Positions 39,431 to 52,773 of a stretch of DNA of 64,000 bases are shown in pieces. Every line of letters begins with the position of its first letter. Positions within the stretch are counted from its first letter, which is position 1. The notes under the pieces were generated by a model. The model had not been told where the DNA came from. It made no database searches and saw only the letters and a program-made list of their open reading frames with translations. Both the position numbers and the translations under genes were made by a program. This stretch comes from Trichosphaerium sp. ATCC 40318. Taxonomy: Eukaryota > Protista > Tubulinea. The stretch is from the NCBI GenBank assembly GCA_038496445.1, contig JALMLS010000282.1, positions 72,318 through 136,317 of the forward strand. The letters run 5' to 3'.

Positions 39431-40391
39431 TATTGTGTGTTTAGGTCGTTAGAGATATTCACAAATTTTTTGCACATTTCAATGTCGGCAATGAAACTCA
39501 AGCAAGTATTTTATCAGGTGGGTATGTACATGTACACGCAACATAAACCAAAGAAAGCGTCAAAGAGCTGAAGAAAATAAAAAAGATACGTTTGGCAATA
39601 AAAACTACATGTAAACACATTCAACGCATTTATAATACTCTCTAACGTGTTTGAGAAACTTCTGTTCACAAAAAACCACCAGAGCAGATTTATCTTTCTT
39701 CGCTAACAGCTCTACCCTACAATAAAACGGCAACCCTCGTGTTCAATCGTGACTTCGTAACTATTTCTCCGACAAGCTGATGCCAACCCGAAGGTACGCA
39801 TATACCATACTTGCGCCACACAAAAGCGCTCACGGCAACACGGCAATAATATCACAAAACCAAGAAAGGCATTGCCAAACACAACCAACATTACTATAAA
39901 GCGACACGCCACCACAAGCAGGTGCACTTAAAAATGTAACAAAGCAAAGTATTTGGTTTTACAAAAATCACGTGTATAAATAAAAACGGTTCGTAACAAA
40001 CAATTACTCCCTCACATGCTATTACTACAAAGTTTTTGAAAAATCCGCATTGAAAATGAAGGCCTCGCTTTCCTGGAATGGAATCAAACGTTGAGATAGT
40101 TCTTGGGCTTGAAGAATGTTGGAAGCGCTAGTGAGGATCGACGCGTATGAACTTCATGTACTTACGGCGTGTGTATACTCAGTGACATTTCCACCATACT
40201 CAGTGTAAAGGATTGAAAGAAGCTCAAAACCGGATGTCAGGTATACTGTTGAGCTGAGTTGGTGACAGGAGCTTATACTCTAAACCAGGAAATCTACGAA
40301 AGTTAGATATTTGAGCTAGCTTCAGTTTCTAACTCATAGTAACTACTTAGTTTTTGCTGAGTGGAAATACATCTTGTTATGAAGGTTTTCA

Positions 40392-42257
40392 ATGTGGCGA
40401 AGATGGTTTGCTTTGAGATATTTTTTTATATGTTTGGAGTGTTTACTCATCTTCCTGTGCGCGTTCGCGCGAAAACAGAAAGTTTACAACACTTTCTGTT
40501 TTCGCACAATGCATGATAGACTATGACGTACAAAGATGCTGAATAAAGTTTGAACTGTACAATTTAGTACTACCTTTGAGTGTGCGCTTGGTGAAACATG
40601 TACAGATATCTACAAGTTTTTCCGCTGCACTGTGAGTCACACTCGTTGTGGAGTCACAAATGTTCCAAATTGAGTATAAAACTTTTTTCTTTGTTTGACT
40701 AATTACCAGATTTGGTTTGACGAATTGGAAAACACATCCTCGGCCTTGTATAATTATTCTGGTATTTAAACCTACCCTGTTAATTTGGTGCGTATGAACA
40801 TGAAAACGGACTTCCAACTGTTTTTTTTTATGAAGCTCAAGTCTCATCTATTTAGGCTCTTGAACCTAAACCTGACGCCAAAGCAAAACGAAACGCACTT
40901 TCGTACAAAATGTCCCTTTTCTTGTGGTCCCTTTTTCTGCTGTTTACATACACGGAGCGTATTGTTAGTCAACAATTTGATATCGCCCTAGATTTCGTTA
41001 ATGCGAGCAATAACTGCTCTCAAATGCACGTGATTTTTCTTTTACAAAAGATTTCGCTCTAAACAGAGTCGTAGAGGTCAGATGCTATTAGAAATACGTA
41101 CTGAAAATGAATTCAAGCATTATAAAACTATGGCGAATATTCACGGTAACTTTTGGCTCAATGCGCGTCGTAATGATTCCACAAGTTACACAAAGGTGAC
41201 CTGCGACCTTTGTCGTTTATCAGGGCAAGAATGTGATAGGTGTCGTGTGGCACTATCTACATACACGTGGCTGAGTGATCAAACCTCTATTTTAGATACT
41301 GACTTGTTTCTTATTGGTGCTGGTGGGGATGTACAAACATTTCTTTTGAAATTTTTCAAAAACGAGCCTTCATTTGTTGATTCACAGAATAATCAAGAGA
41401 GATGTGTACATATGCGTAAAGACGGTTTGTTAATATTAAAGAACTATACAGGCAATAATTTTGTTAAGGTTTCAATGATGTCAAATGTAGTGGTAAATCG
41501 CAGCTACAAGTTGTGTGCATGAACAATACGCAGGTATCCCAGCCTTCAGCTACACCGACAGCTACGCCAATAGTTCCCACTCCACAGATTTGTCCAAACT
41601 GTAGCGCTCGACTTAATGACACAGTGACCGTTGGTGGCATTTTTTCTATTTCTGGAACAATTTATGTAACTTCAGGTAAATATTTTCTGTTTGCTGGTGA
41701 CCAGCTGTAACAATCGGTAGGTGATATTGTGTTTCTAAAGAATTCAGTGGTTGTTGTTGATTCAAATTCTTCACTGTCAATAGGAGGCTGTCCTACTTTT
41801 GAGGAAAATGTTGTTATTGATACAACTGCAGTACAAGTACAATGTTCATCTTTAATGTTGTGGTTATTTTCTAACGTATGTAAAGCAAAAAGGATCATTG
41901 ATCTTGATTAGCTACAGTGACGATTGCATTGTTGACTTGACAAACATTTCACTCTCAGATCCAGCAAACACGTGCTTTCAACAAAGTATGTCATATTTCT
42001 TCAGAGATCAATCATACAATCATGTCTGGTTTTCACACTTAGTTTTCTGTATAGATACACGTGGCAAGTTAGTCATTTTGTTTTCTTCATCTTGTTTCGA
42101 TCAAGATGGCAGCGAGACTGATTTTCCTATGATACCTGTAGTTGTCATAGTAGTGCTTGTGGTATTTCTTGTCATTCTTGTTTTGGTATTGACTTTAGGC
42201 ATACCCTCATGGCGTGAACGCATTTATCCGCATAGATGGGTTTCCCCAAAAGGTTAA
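40392..42257 (+). CDS. Type I membrane protein with C-type lectin domain; start approximate
   Basis: F.NA...C, LLEIRTENE, FWLNA, YTWLSD, ERCVHM, FNDVKC...VVC. Then a P/T linker and the TM helix IPVVVIVVLVVFLVILVLVLTLGI. Confidence 0.7.
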
Positions 42258-42546
42258 AAAAGAACACTAGAAAGTTTAAAACTAGGGTAGTGTAATGTTA
42301 GTTCAAAAAAATTAAAAATAGTTTCTCTTACTTACACCGTTGTTCAACGTCAAAAAAATATCTTTATCAGATCCTACTAATACGTGACGCATAGGATTCA
42401 AATTGAAGAAGAAATAAGGTTCGCAAAGTGTGAATTCAAGTCAAAATAAAATTGATAAGACACAGAAATTTGACTGTTTTTTAGAGGTGTTTAGGCTAAA
42501 GCCATTCATAAAACACTTTAATCACTCTAAGTACATCATATACGCC

Positions 42547-43615
42547 ATGCAGAATATCAAACTTGTTGTTATCGGAGATGGAGCAGTTGGTATGTACAAA
42601 ACAGCAAAGAGTAGTTATTTCTCCCTAATACTCGTTTATTCAGGCAAAACAAGCTTGCTTATATGCTATACAACAAATTCTTTCCCTACGGAATACGGTA
42701 CGGCCAAGCTAGCGTTAATAATGCTTATACCGCTTAGTACCGACAATTTTTGACAATTACAGGTTTGGGAAAAAAAGAAATCCACAAAAAGTTTTACACC
42801 ATTTTTTTTAGTGCTAATGTGATGTTTGCAAGCAAGCCAGTACATCTAGGTTAGCTATATCTCTTTCTTTATACCATCATACTATTTATTGACACTTTTG
42901 TAAAAGGGTTATGGGATACAACAAGTGCTGAGGATTTTGACAGATTCAGACCTATGGGCTACCCTGTAAGACTTAGTACATTTGTTGTTGAGTAACAATT
43001 TTTCTGAAATGTTTCGTTTGTTTCTTGTACAATATTTTCTTCTCACGTGATTTTTTTTTTAGCAAACTGATGTTTTTCTCATATGCTTCAGCGTTGTTTC
43101 ACCAGTAAGTCTTCAGAATATAGTTTCCAAGGTACGCCTAAAGCTAAAAGGATATTTTTGTTTGTTTTAGCTGGTATATTTTTAGTGAAACAATTAATCA
43201 CGTGTAGTGGAAACCTGAAGTACAACACCATTGTCCAGATACACCTATTATTCTCGCAGGTCTTAAAATGGATTTGAGAACAACACCTAGAATTGATGGA
43301 ACTCCATACGACTGCGTACCTCGAGAAGAGGCTGAAAATGTTGCAAAAAAAATAGGGGTAAACTACTTCCACTATTTTTATATCTCACTCGCTGATTATC
43401 TCTACAAAGGCAATGTCTTACGTGGAATGTAGCGCTCTTACTCAAGATGGTTTGAAGCAAGGTACATATCATGAGTGTTCTTAAACTCAGCTTCTACATA
43501 AAAGCAATAAAGGGTGCTAACGCTCTTTGTAGCATTCGAAGAAGCAGCTATAGCAGCATTAACACATAGGCGAAGTTTTACATCTACAGAGAAAACAAAC
43601 TGCGTTGTAATGTAA
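42547..43615 (+). CDS. Divergent Rac/Rho-family small GTPase, copy 3
   Basis: Spliced: [20 protein letters not shown]...[11 protein letters not shown]...[19 protein letters not shown]...GLKMDLR...ECSALTQ...TNCVVM*. Confidence 0.9.
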
Positions 43616-44081
43616 AATAATGTTTAAACAGTCTCTTTCCATCTCTGTTGTGATCGAGACCAATAAACAAAGTGTAAAAAAATAGTGTTCATCCTCGAGT
43701 ACAGTCACTCGTACATATGTATACAGTACAAATGTAGTAACACTAATCATGTAGCCTACATAACTAACCGCTTAGGTTATTAAATAATGTCAAACAACAA
43801 TGAACCAAGGCACTTGCTTCACAACAAAACCTTGTACATTTTTTAAGTGGTAGCAAATAACAGCATTTTAAAACGTCTTAAAAGCCTGGTCCTCAATAAA
43901 GATCCTTCCAGACTGTGACAGTGAGCTAATTGAGCCATTGTAGAAATAGGTGATAGGTTTATGGTATCTTATTCATTGAAAACACATAGTCAACAACAGT
44001 TGACTTATTCAGCTAGATAACGGCAAAAAATCTTAATTTACAAGTCAACGCACGTACCATAGTTATTAATAGGCAACCTCA

Positions 44082-45490
44082 ATGGCAGCAAAACGCAAGG
44101 TACATTAATGAGCGCATTTGCAGTAATATTAGACCATTCATACAGGAGCCTCTGTAGATTAAAAAGCCTTACAAGTTTACTAAGTTATTTTCGCTACTTA
44201 CTAAATTACGCGTAGATAAATACCTCAAAATCTGATAACCATCTTTTTGACCTCCCAGTGGAGCTACATCTCGATATTATCGATCTAGATGATAAGCTGT
44301 TCTCAAAGTGGCCACTACTATCGAAACACACAGCAATGACGACAAGGTTTGATTGTGAGTTTAATAAACATGGTAAATGGAAAGATTGGCACTACAATGG
44401 GCTTATAAGAAGGTTATGTGTCTTTTTAAATGGTAAACAAGATGGAGAATACAAAGAGTGGCATAACAATGGGAAACTACATACTCAGCATAATCGTGTT
44501 GATGACAAGTACAAAGGAGAGTACAAGTCATGGGATTTGAGAGGCAGATTGACTGAGTTTTGTACTTATGTCAATGGTAAACTTGAAGGAGAATACACTA
44601 CTTGGCATGCTGGTGTAATGACAAAGAAGTGTTTTTATGTTGATGGTAAACTTGAGGGGGAATACAAGAATTGGACTAAAGAGTTTCAACTTCTTGTTCA
44701 TTGTCATTATGTCAATGGTAAGCAAGAAGGTATGTACCGTGAATATTATGAACAAGGTCAACGAAGAATCAGAGTTAATTATGTTGATGATAACAAAGAA
44801 GGTGAGTATAAGAGATGGTATGAAAATGGAAACCTAGAAGTTAAGATGTACTTTAAAAATGGTAAAGCAGAAGGAGAACAAACGTATTATCATCAAACAG
44901 GAAAGAAGTATTTCCAACAGTTTTTGGTAAATGAAATACGACAAGGAGAGTACAAGGAATGGCATTTTAATGGTGCTTTGAAAAAGCAAAGTAATTACAA
45001 AAATGGTGAACTTGACGGAGTACACAAGGAGTTTCATAATAACGGTCAGTTATGCTGCCAAGGTTACAATGTAGATGGTAAGCTAAATGGAGAGTATAAA
45101 GAGTGGCATAGGAATGGTCAATTGTATCAACAGTGTTGGTATGAAGATGATAAACTTGAAGGAGAATTAACTCAATGGTATGAAAATGGTAACATTGAAA
45201 AACATTATCATCTTGTCAATGATAAACTAGAAGGTATGATGAAAGTATGGTACTATAACAAGAATATGCATTATCAATGTAATTATTTAAATGATGAATA
45301 TCATGGGGAGTATACTGAGTGGCATGAAAACGGTCAAGTTTACAAAAAGTGTAATTACACTAATGGAAGGATCAATGACGGAGAGTACAATGAATGGTAC
45401 AACAATGGTCAATTATCTAGACAATATTTTATTGTTGATAATGAAAGGGTAAACAGTTTGACAGTAGAATGGAGTTATAACGGAGAATAA
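44082..45490 (+). CDS. F-box-like + long MORN2-repeat protein (about 15 repeats, no CaaX)
   Basis: LFDLPVELHLDIIDL...WPLLSK precedes the repeats in the 410-aa ORF. Probable short 5' exons start at ATG 44082. Confidence 0.85.
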
Positions 45491-45589
45491 GTAAGGAAAT
45501 AAACTCACGTGTCACAATTGTGAAATAAAAAACTCGATTTGAGGTTTTTTTTTATTTGTTCTTCTTGGCATACCAATAGATCGCTTACA

Positions 45590-48500
45590 TGCTCATTATT
45601 TTTGCGGCAATAGCTACAGGGTTCTTTGGTAATCCAAATCCAGTGATAGGATCCCTACAAACAAATGTTTAAACACGGGTAAGGACAGAAAAAAAATAAA
45701 GGACAAAAGGACAGCCGGAAAGAATGAGAAATGCTTTTTGGGTTGTTTTCTCCTAACATGGAGCTGGAAGCTTCCCGCTTTCAAAACATATGGTTTTGTG
45801 AATATGTAAATACTCCATAAGAGTTATAAACATATAACTTATGACACTTGAACCAAAAGCAAGGTAGAAAGGTAAAACCGAGCAGATTTGTTTAACAAAA
45901 AAAAGAGCGTACCAGCCTACTGCACACTCAAAGCCACGGCATGATCCGTATGTGTTATCACCTTGTGTTACATCTGTAAAGATAGAAGAATCTTTTGAGA
46001 GTACACCATAGATAAGAGGGTTTGCAAAACCAACAGGGGCGTGACCTTTGCTCACCAAAATATCGTTCACCAATCCAAAAATACCACCCTAAAATAAAAT
46101 TAATAAAAAAACCAACACCTACAGCGTCACTATCATTTTGATGAACTTTAAAATATGCCACATGCATTCATAAAACATAAAGAATATCATGTGAAGTTAT
46201 GAACATAAAAAATTACAAAGGGAGTGCTTGAGAGAAGAAAAAAAAGTTTGAAGAATTCCAAACGTACAACAACAGGTGAAGCGCAACTAGTACCAGCAAC
46301 ACCGTAGGTGTCCTGGCCTGCAGTAATCACAACATTTTCGCTAAATGAAGATACATCTGGAATAGCCCTTCCAGTCTTATTAAAAGAAGAAGCTGGAGGC
46401 AATGGAGAGTGATGAAGGTAGTTCTCAACAACGTCGTTCTAAATCATGTAAGAGAAAAAAAAACTTCAAGCAAGCATCAAAACACGCTTACTTGGTATGA
46501 AGGTCTTGCGAAGTAGTTACTGAAACCTCCAGAACTAATTGTATCACCAACATATGTTGATCCTTGAAGGTAAATTCCACCAACAGCTGTAACATATGGG
46601 GAGCTAGCACTACGAGGAAAAATTAAACACAAAAAAAAAGGTTTGAAATTAAAAACAACTTACGGCCAGTTTGGCTCTTGTCTGTCTCCACCAGCATTAC
46701 ATCCAACACCATTATCACCTTAAAATATTTAGTTAACAAGAACAAAAAACAAAATACATTCAAAACCTTTGGAGCAACCAGAACGCGAGTGTAAAAACAA
46801 AAAAAAAACCAAAAGTATTTTTTTCACGTAAACTTTTTAAACACGTACCAGAAGAAAACAGTACTGTGGTACCACGTGAACCCCTAAAAAGATAAGCGGT
46901 TAGTGTATGAGGTTGTTGAACAAAAAAAATTGTTGAAGTAAATCACGTGGTAACGTACAATTTGATGAATTCAGTGTTTACACGTAATGTATAGCTTGGA
47001 GTAATTGATGACTCAGTATCACCATAACTGACAGAAATAGTATGTGGAACTAACAAAAAAAGTAAATACTACGAAGGAACTGAGGCACGAACTGTAAAAT
47101 AAGAAAAGAATTTTTGTTTGGGGTTTTGTTGACAGTGCTAGCGGCTAATGTTTATGTACGCACTGGTTGGAGCGTTATTCACAGCTGTGGCCCATTCCAA
47201 AAATGGCTCTTGACCTTCGTGTAGACCAGCAGTAGAGTAGAACCTTAAAAAACAAGAGTAAGAATAGTTGGCCAACTTCTTGTACAAAACAAAGCAGCAC
47301 AGTTTTAACGGATTGTAAGGATTAAAGTACCATGTGTCAACACCATTAGCAGTACCAATAATGTATTCAATATCAAGAGAAGCTAGAAAAGAAAACATAA
47401 GCAACACGTCACAGTAAAATAAAAATGTTTCTGTTTTTACTTCCTAGAACAAGAAGTGCTCACCTTCATCGCCTGGGTTTGTAGCATCATTAGGTCCAAC
47501 TACTTTCGCTACTGTTTGGGAAGGTACATTAAACTTTTGTTGAAAGAGAGCCAAATCTGAAACAAAAAGGATAAGTCAAAAGGGCCAGTGTTCACGTGCA
47601 CAAACTTTCGCCCGGCGATTGAAAAAAAAAGTTTTACCTTTTGGATCATAGTATTGCTTCAAGAATTGAGCTACAGCCTAAATACTTCATAAGGAAGACC
47701 CATATATAGGTGGGAATAACATACTTGGATAGATTTGGTGCTACCACTACCAGTTACAGTGATTTCTGCTTCTTTTTTAACAACATCAGGTGTGATCATA
47801 GTATCATCACCAACGTTTTCAGTCTTTCTTAAAGCACGTCTTATTTGTGGAATCCTAGATACACCACCAACAAGATCAATATGCTTTGCTACATCGCTTG
47901 GTAGGGAGTATGCATCAAGAGAACGACATAGACAAGTCTAAAAGCAAAAATCATAAATAAGTCGCTAATTCATTTTGGTTAAGCCGTACGTTCGTTTCGC
48001 TGTGTGTCACCATCCTGTACTTGATTTGAAGCATACGCTCTGCAGTTCTAACAGGTACAGTAGTAGTAAGCCAATCACCAGTAGTAGCTACTGTGAATTC
48101 AGCACCAAAGGAAGAAACAAACTCAGAAACAGCGTCAATAGCTTCTTGAGATGCTCGTGTCAACGCGCTGATTTGTTCAAGTGATAGAAATTGCCCTAAA
48201 GAGCGTTTTTGGGTTAAAGATCTGAAAGGATCGTTTTTAAAGCGTACTGTAAGATACATCGTTTGGGTTGGAGATACGATGAAATTGACGCTACAGGATA
48301 GCGTTAAACGTTGGCTCGTGAACGGAAAAGTGCTATGAAAAGTTTCTTACCTCTAATTCGGTTGGATTACCTTGTTTAAGCGCGAAGGACAATGTAATAT
48401 TCATATCTAGTCGTTATTAGAAAAGTGTCTTCTAAAACACTATTATTTACCCGCTCCAGCGTCACTGGTAACTGTCCAGCCATTTGGTAGCGTTTTGTCG

Positions 48501-48624
48501 GAAGATGACTCGATAAAAGTTCTCTAATAAGTATAAGAGCCACGAGAGGCGTATATAAGTATCTTACGGATGCAGCTAGGCATAGCACAAAGGTGCACGC
48601 AAGAATAAGAAGTAGTCTTGCCAT
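45590..48624 (-). CDS. Sedolisin-family (S53) tripeptidyl-peptidase 1-like protease; 3' end uncertain
   Basis: Signal peptide and prodomain. EASLDIEY, SVSYG, FSSGDNG, GRAIPDVS, GTSCASP (catalytic Ser), GFANP, DVTQGDN, GWDPITGFG. Confidence 0.9.
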
Positions 48625-49941
48625 AGATCGACTATGTAAAAACAATCAAACTTATCGCCGTTAAGTCAACCTGTTTGTTTCCGTCTTGGGGAAAGCTTTT
48701 GGTCAGTTTGGAGGTGCGAACAAGCTTCTATACTTTCCATACTTCATTCTCAGACAGCTTTTAGCTGTGTATGTCATGTGACAGCTGTGCATGTCACCTA
48801 AAAAGTAATATAACTTTGCCATTGTACTTTTCTTCTACAGGTGTATTGTACAAGTGATACGTTTCTTTTGATTTCTGGGGGTTTTTTTCGGTTGCACAAT
48901 TATTTCTTTTGTTCAGGTTCAATGCAATGACAAGATTCACAACAAACATGGGACGCAATCTTGTTTCTACAATATCACGAGAGTAATTTTGTCAACGGAA
49001 CTGAGTACAAAAGGATGTATGCGACAACAAAGAAAGATCCAAGCGCTGAAAATATAGGTGTCTTTTTTGAATACTACCTTAAAACAGTGTTCACGCTTAT
49101 ACAATTAGTTTATCTGTGACCTTCATTGGCTGGATTTCATACTATAACGCTGTATAGTTGTAACGTAACACATGAGGGAATCAAGGTACTGTCCACTCAA
49201 TATAAACACAACAAATTATTGATTGATGTCTAAACAGTATCGTCTCCTCATATTCATTGGCATCATCAATATTTGCACTTGAGTTGATAGCGTATTAAAT
49301 AAAGATGCCTATCACCAGTGCTAAAATAGTTGGTTGCAAATAATGTCTATTATATCACGTGTCTCTTATTAAAATAAGTTCAAATTTAGTTACATCTATC
49401 GCGACTACATTATTTCATACTTTCCAAGTCGCGAACAAGGCTGAAAAAGATTTGAACTTCACAAACTCCGAATTCCATCGGAGAAGTTGGTTAACTTAAC
49501 AATAGCGCACTTCGAAAGAACGTTAGATAGTGCAAAAGGTTGCAGAAACAGATAAACAGCGAAGTTGTTCTATAGCAGCACTTATTCGTCTAAAAAGGCT
49601 CGATTTTGGTTTGACGGTGTATGAAAGTACGTATAAGAGGAAAGAACGCGCTGTAAATTATGATTTCGAAAAAAAGCGCCAAAATCGCTACAATCAACTG
49701 CATTCGTACTAATCATGCGACTGAAAGCGTATTCGCACCATAACTGTCTCTAAAAGTGACTTTTGTTAAAATTGCATCCAAAGGCACTATTAATCATACT
49801 GCGGCGTCAACACGGCATAAAACGCTTTATTTTTCGGTTAATGAATTGGTTCCTTTAGTTTCGACTAAAACGCGCTAAAACCATTCCTTTCGGACTAAAA
49901 ACGTATAGAAATAGCGAATAGAGTGATTTTTATAGCATTAA

Positions 49942-52476
49942 ATGGCGTCTGTAACATGTTCACGGTTTTTCGCTTTTTGCACATTTCTACTGACGGCTTA
50001 CCTCGCTTGTCTCTGTGGTCTTTACTACGTCTTTAGTAACCCAACAAAAATAGTACGTTAAAACAAAAATACAAACTCACGTGACATGGGTTGTTATCCT
50101 AACACGCGTTTTAATATTGTTATTAGGCTTCTTCTTATGATGCTACGATTATGCAAAATGGGTTAGTAGCAATAGAGAAGCAAGTCACTTTAATTGGTAC
50201 GCAATAAAAATAAACATCAATAACTTTTTTGAGACTTTCCTTTTTTTCACGAGCCAAGTTCATGATCTTGGTAGTCAACCCTTGTGTACCGACATTGATT
50301 TTTTGTACATGTTTTCAACCATTTTAGTACTTGTTTATCTACATCTAAAACTGGTCGCAATATTGTAAATAATTTCTTCACCTTTTTTTTTTTTTTTGTG
50401 TTTTCTTTTTTTAATGTTTGTCATCAGGTGTTGCTGCTTTTTGTATATTTGCAGGCACTTTATTTTATTCTTGGGGTAGACCAAGTAACCCTGAAGAATT
50501 GGCTAGAAGACGTGTTGCTGAGGTGTTAGGAAAAGAGTTTGTTGAAAGGATAAAAAAGTCTGAACAAATAGAGGCTGAAGAGATTGTTGAAGTTGAACCT
50601 GTTAAAAGCGATACTCTGGCATCACATGATACAATTCATATTGAAACCAAGCCGTCTGATAGTGTATTGGATAAACCTCAAACCCCGATTGTCGCCAAGG
50701 AAGAGAAAAAAACGGATACAATTGCACTGCGTAAACATTTCCTAAACTGTTGTTAAACACTAACTAGTTTCCTAGCACCTGTCATCCTTGATACCGATAT
50801 ACTATTTGAGTTGGAACCAAAGCCACAAGATATTTTAGAACCTATCAATACAACCACTGGCATTGTTTTAGGTAGTACAGAACCGGTAAAGAAGAGTCCT
50901 GATCAAACACTTGACACAGTTGATAAAGTCGAAAAAGAAGAAAAAGTCAATGATGTGACCGTCAAAAAGACGAGCTGTTCATGCTGTTCTTGGGCTAGTA
51001 TTGTTATGGCCACCTTAAGAAAAGAGTGGGTATTTGTTTTTGTTGGCTTTCTCTGTTTTACTATCGGATTCTTTGGTGTACGCACAATGTCATTCATTGG
51101 CTACTGCATCCTGTACGATCAACTTTTTTTTAAAAAAATCTGGAACCATTTTCTTTCTTCAGTGTAGACTCTCTATCATCTTGAGAGTATGGATTGACTG
51201 TAGTATGAAAGAGATATTATGCTTACTATTTTTTCTAGTGTTTATTACTTTGGGTGCCTACTTTGCCCTGAAGTGTTGGATTATTTATATGATATTTTTG
51301 AGCCTCTTATAATCGACTTGTCAAACTCCAAAAGTGCAACAGTTAGGAGTGTAGTACAATATTTTAGAACTCTACACAATAAACACTTTGGCCATCTCGG
51401 ACCTCGACTACCTCCGCCTCCAAGGGAGTTCAGGAAGCCAAAAGAGAAGAAAATTACGGGAATGATAAAGGTACCACAATGTGTTTTTTTTGCAGTCTAT
51501 TCCTTTTGTGTGGCTCTCTGTCTCTTTGGATTATATATCAATGCTTAACGTTTTTAATAGGTTCAGCTTGTAAATTGTATAGATCTTGTAAAAGCCGAGA
51601 TATTGATGAGCTCTGATCCTTATGTACATACACTTTTTCTTCTTTATGTTTTTTTTGAAGTTTTCCGTTCAAAAACAATATTCGTTTTGTTCTTGTGCTT
51701 GCTCATATTCCCATCAAATTATTCTCTGTTCAAACATGAAACGCCTGTTATTACTGGCATAAAGAGTAGTTACTATCTTTGTAATCGAAAACTATACAAC
51801 TGCGCTGTAAACCTTTTTTTTTTGTATTTTTGGTATTTCAGGCTAAGTTCAGCTTTTGATTTTGACTCATTTTCTACAGGTTGTAGTTAGTTTTCATGGC
51901 CAGCGACAACAAACAAAGCCTTACTTTAATAGCCAGCATGTTACTTTTCAAGAAAATCCTTTTACATTCAACTATAACGGTATGTTTGATGTACACGTGC
52001 TTAAACTAGTTGTAATGGATAGCGATGTTGTTGGGGAAGATAACTTTCTTGGACAGTAAGTAGCCCATTACCTTTTCATATCTTTTCAAAACAAATCCCT
52101 TGTTGATATTTACATCTCATAACTAATCATTAAAGTGAAATTAACCTTCTACATGCTCTGTAAACAGAGCAATGTTGCAGTTTTTTGGTTAAAAAAACAT
52201 GAGATTTTCTTTTTCCTTTTTGTTAAATTTCGGGTATTCTATTTGGATAGTAGTTGCTCTATATGGATTGAATACATACTAAATTTAATGATTAGGTGTT
52301 GTGTTGATTTAAAAGAGTTTATTGGTATTGGGGACGGAGTAAACATCCAAACTTTTGAGAAGGAACTCGAAAATGTTAAAAGTGGTTGTATCCGATTTAA
52401 TGTTGAGTTTGAACCTCTGGAAGAGTCCTTTTTTACTTTCTCACAGTACAGGCAAGATAATTATGTTAATTTATAG
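49942..52476 (+). CDS. Membrane protein with C-terminal C2 domain
   Basis: Several hydrophobic segments. C2: VQLVNCIDLV...SSDPYVVV...QQTK...LVVMDSDVVGEDNFLG...SGCIRFNVEF. Confidence 0.75.
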
Positions 52477-52773
52477 AATAACAATAAAGAAAAACAAAGA
52501 ACCATTGACCAACACATGTTTGTATCAAGCTCGCTAGATAGTGTTCTTGCATGATTGCAACAAGTAACATGCCTGTATACAGCGATGGTTTACTATTTGG
52601 TGCTTACGAATATTCGTCATGTGGTCTGAATAGTTGGGAACTGGCTACCTAGATTTTTATGTGGTGAATGGCGCTAACAATATGCGAGCCGAGTCAAGAA
52701 TTAATTAATGGTGGCAAACTTCGTTGACCATTTTGTAGGTTCTACTTTCAATATTACTAACATTGCACGGTTT

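Noticed and set aside
44258-45490. CRISPR-like array suggested by the 72-bp periodic GAAGGAGAGTACAAG motif
   Set aside because: The periodicity is in-frame coding for 24-aa MORN2 repeats. No cas genes and no unique spacers.
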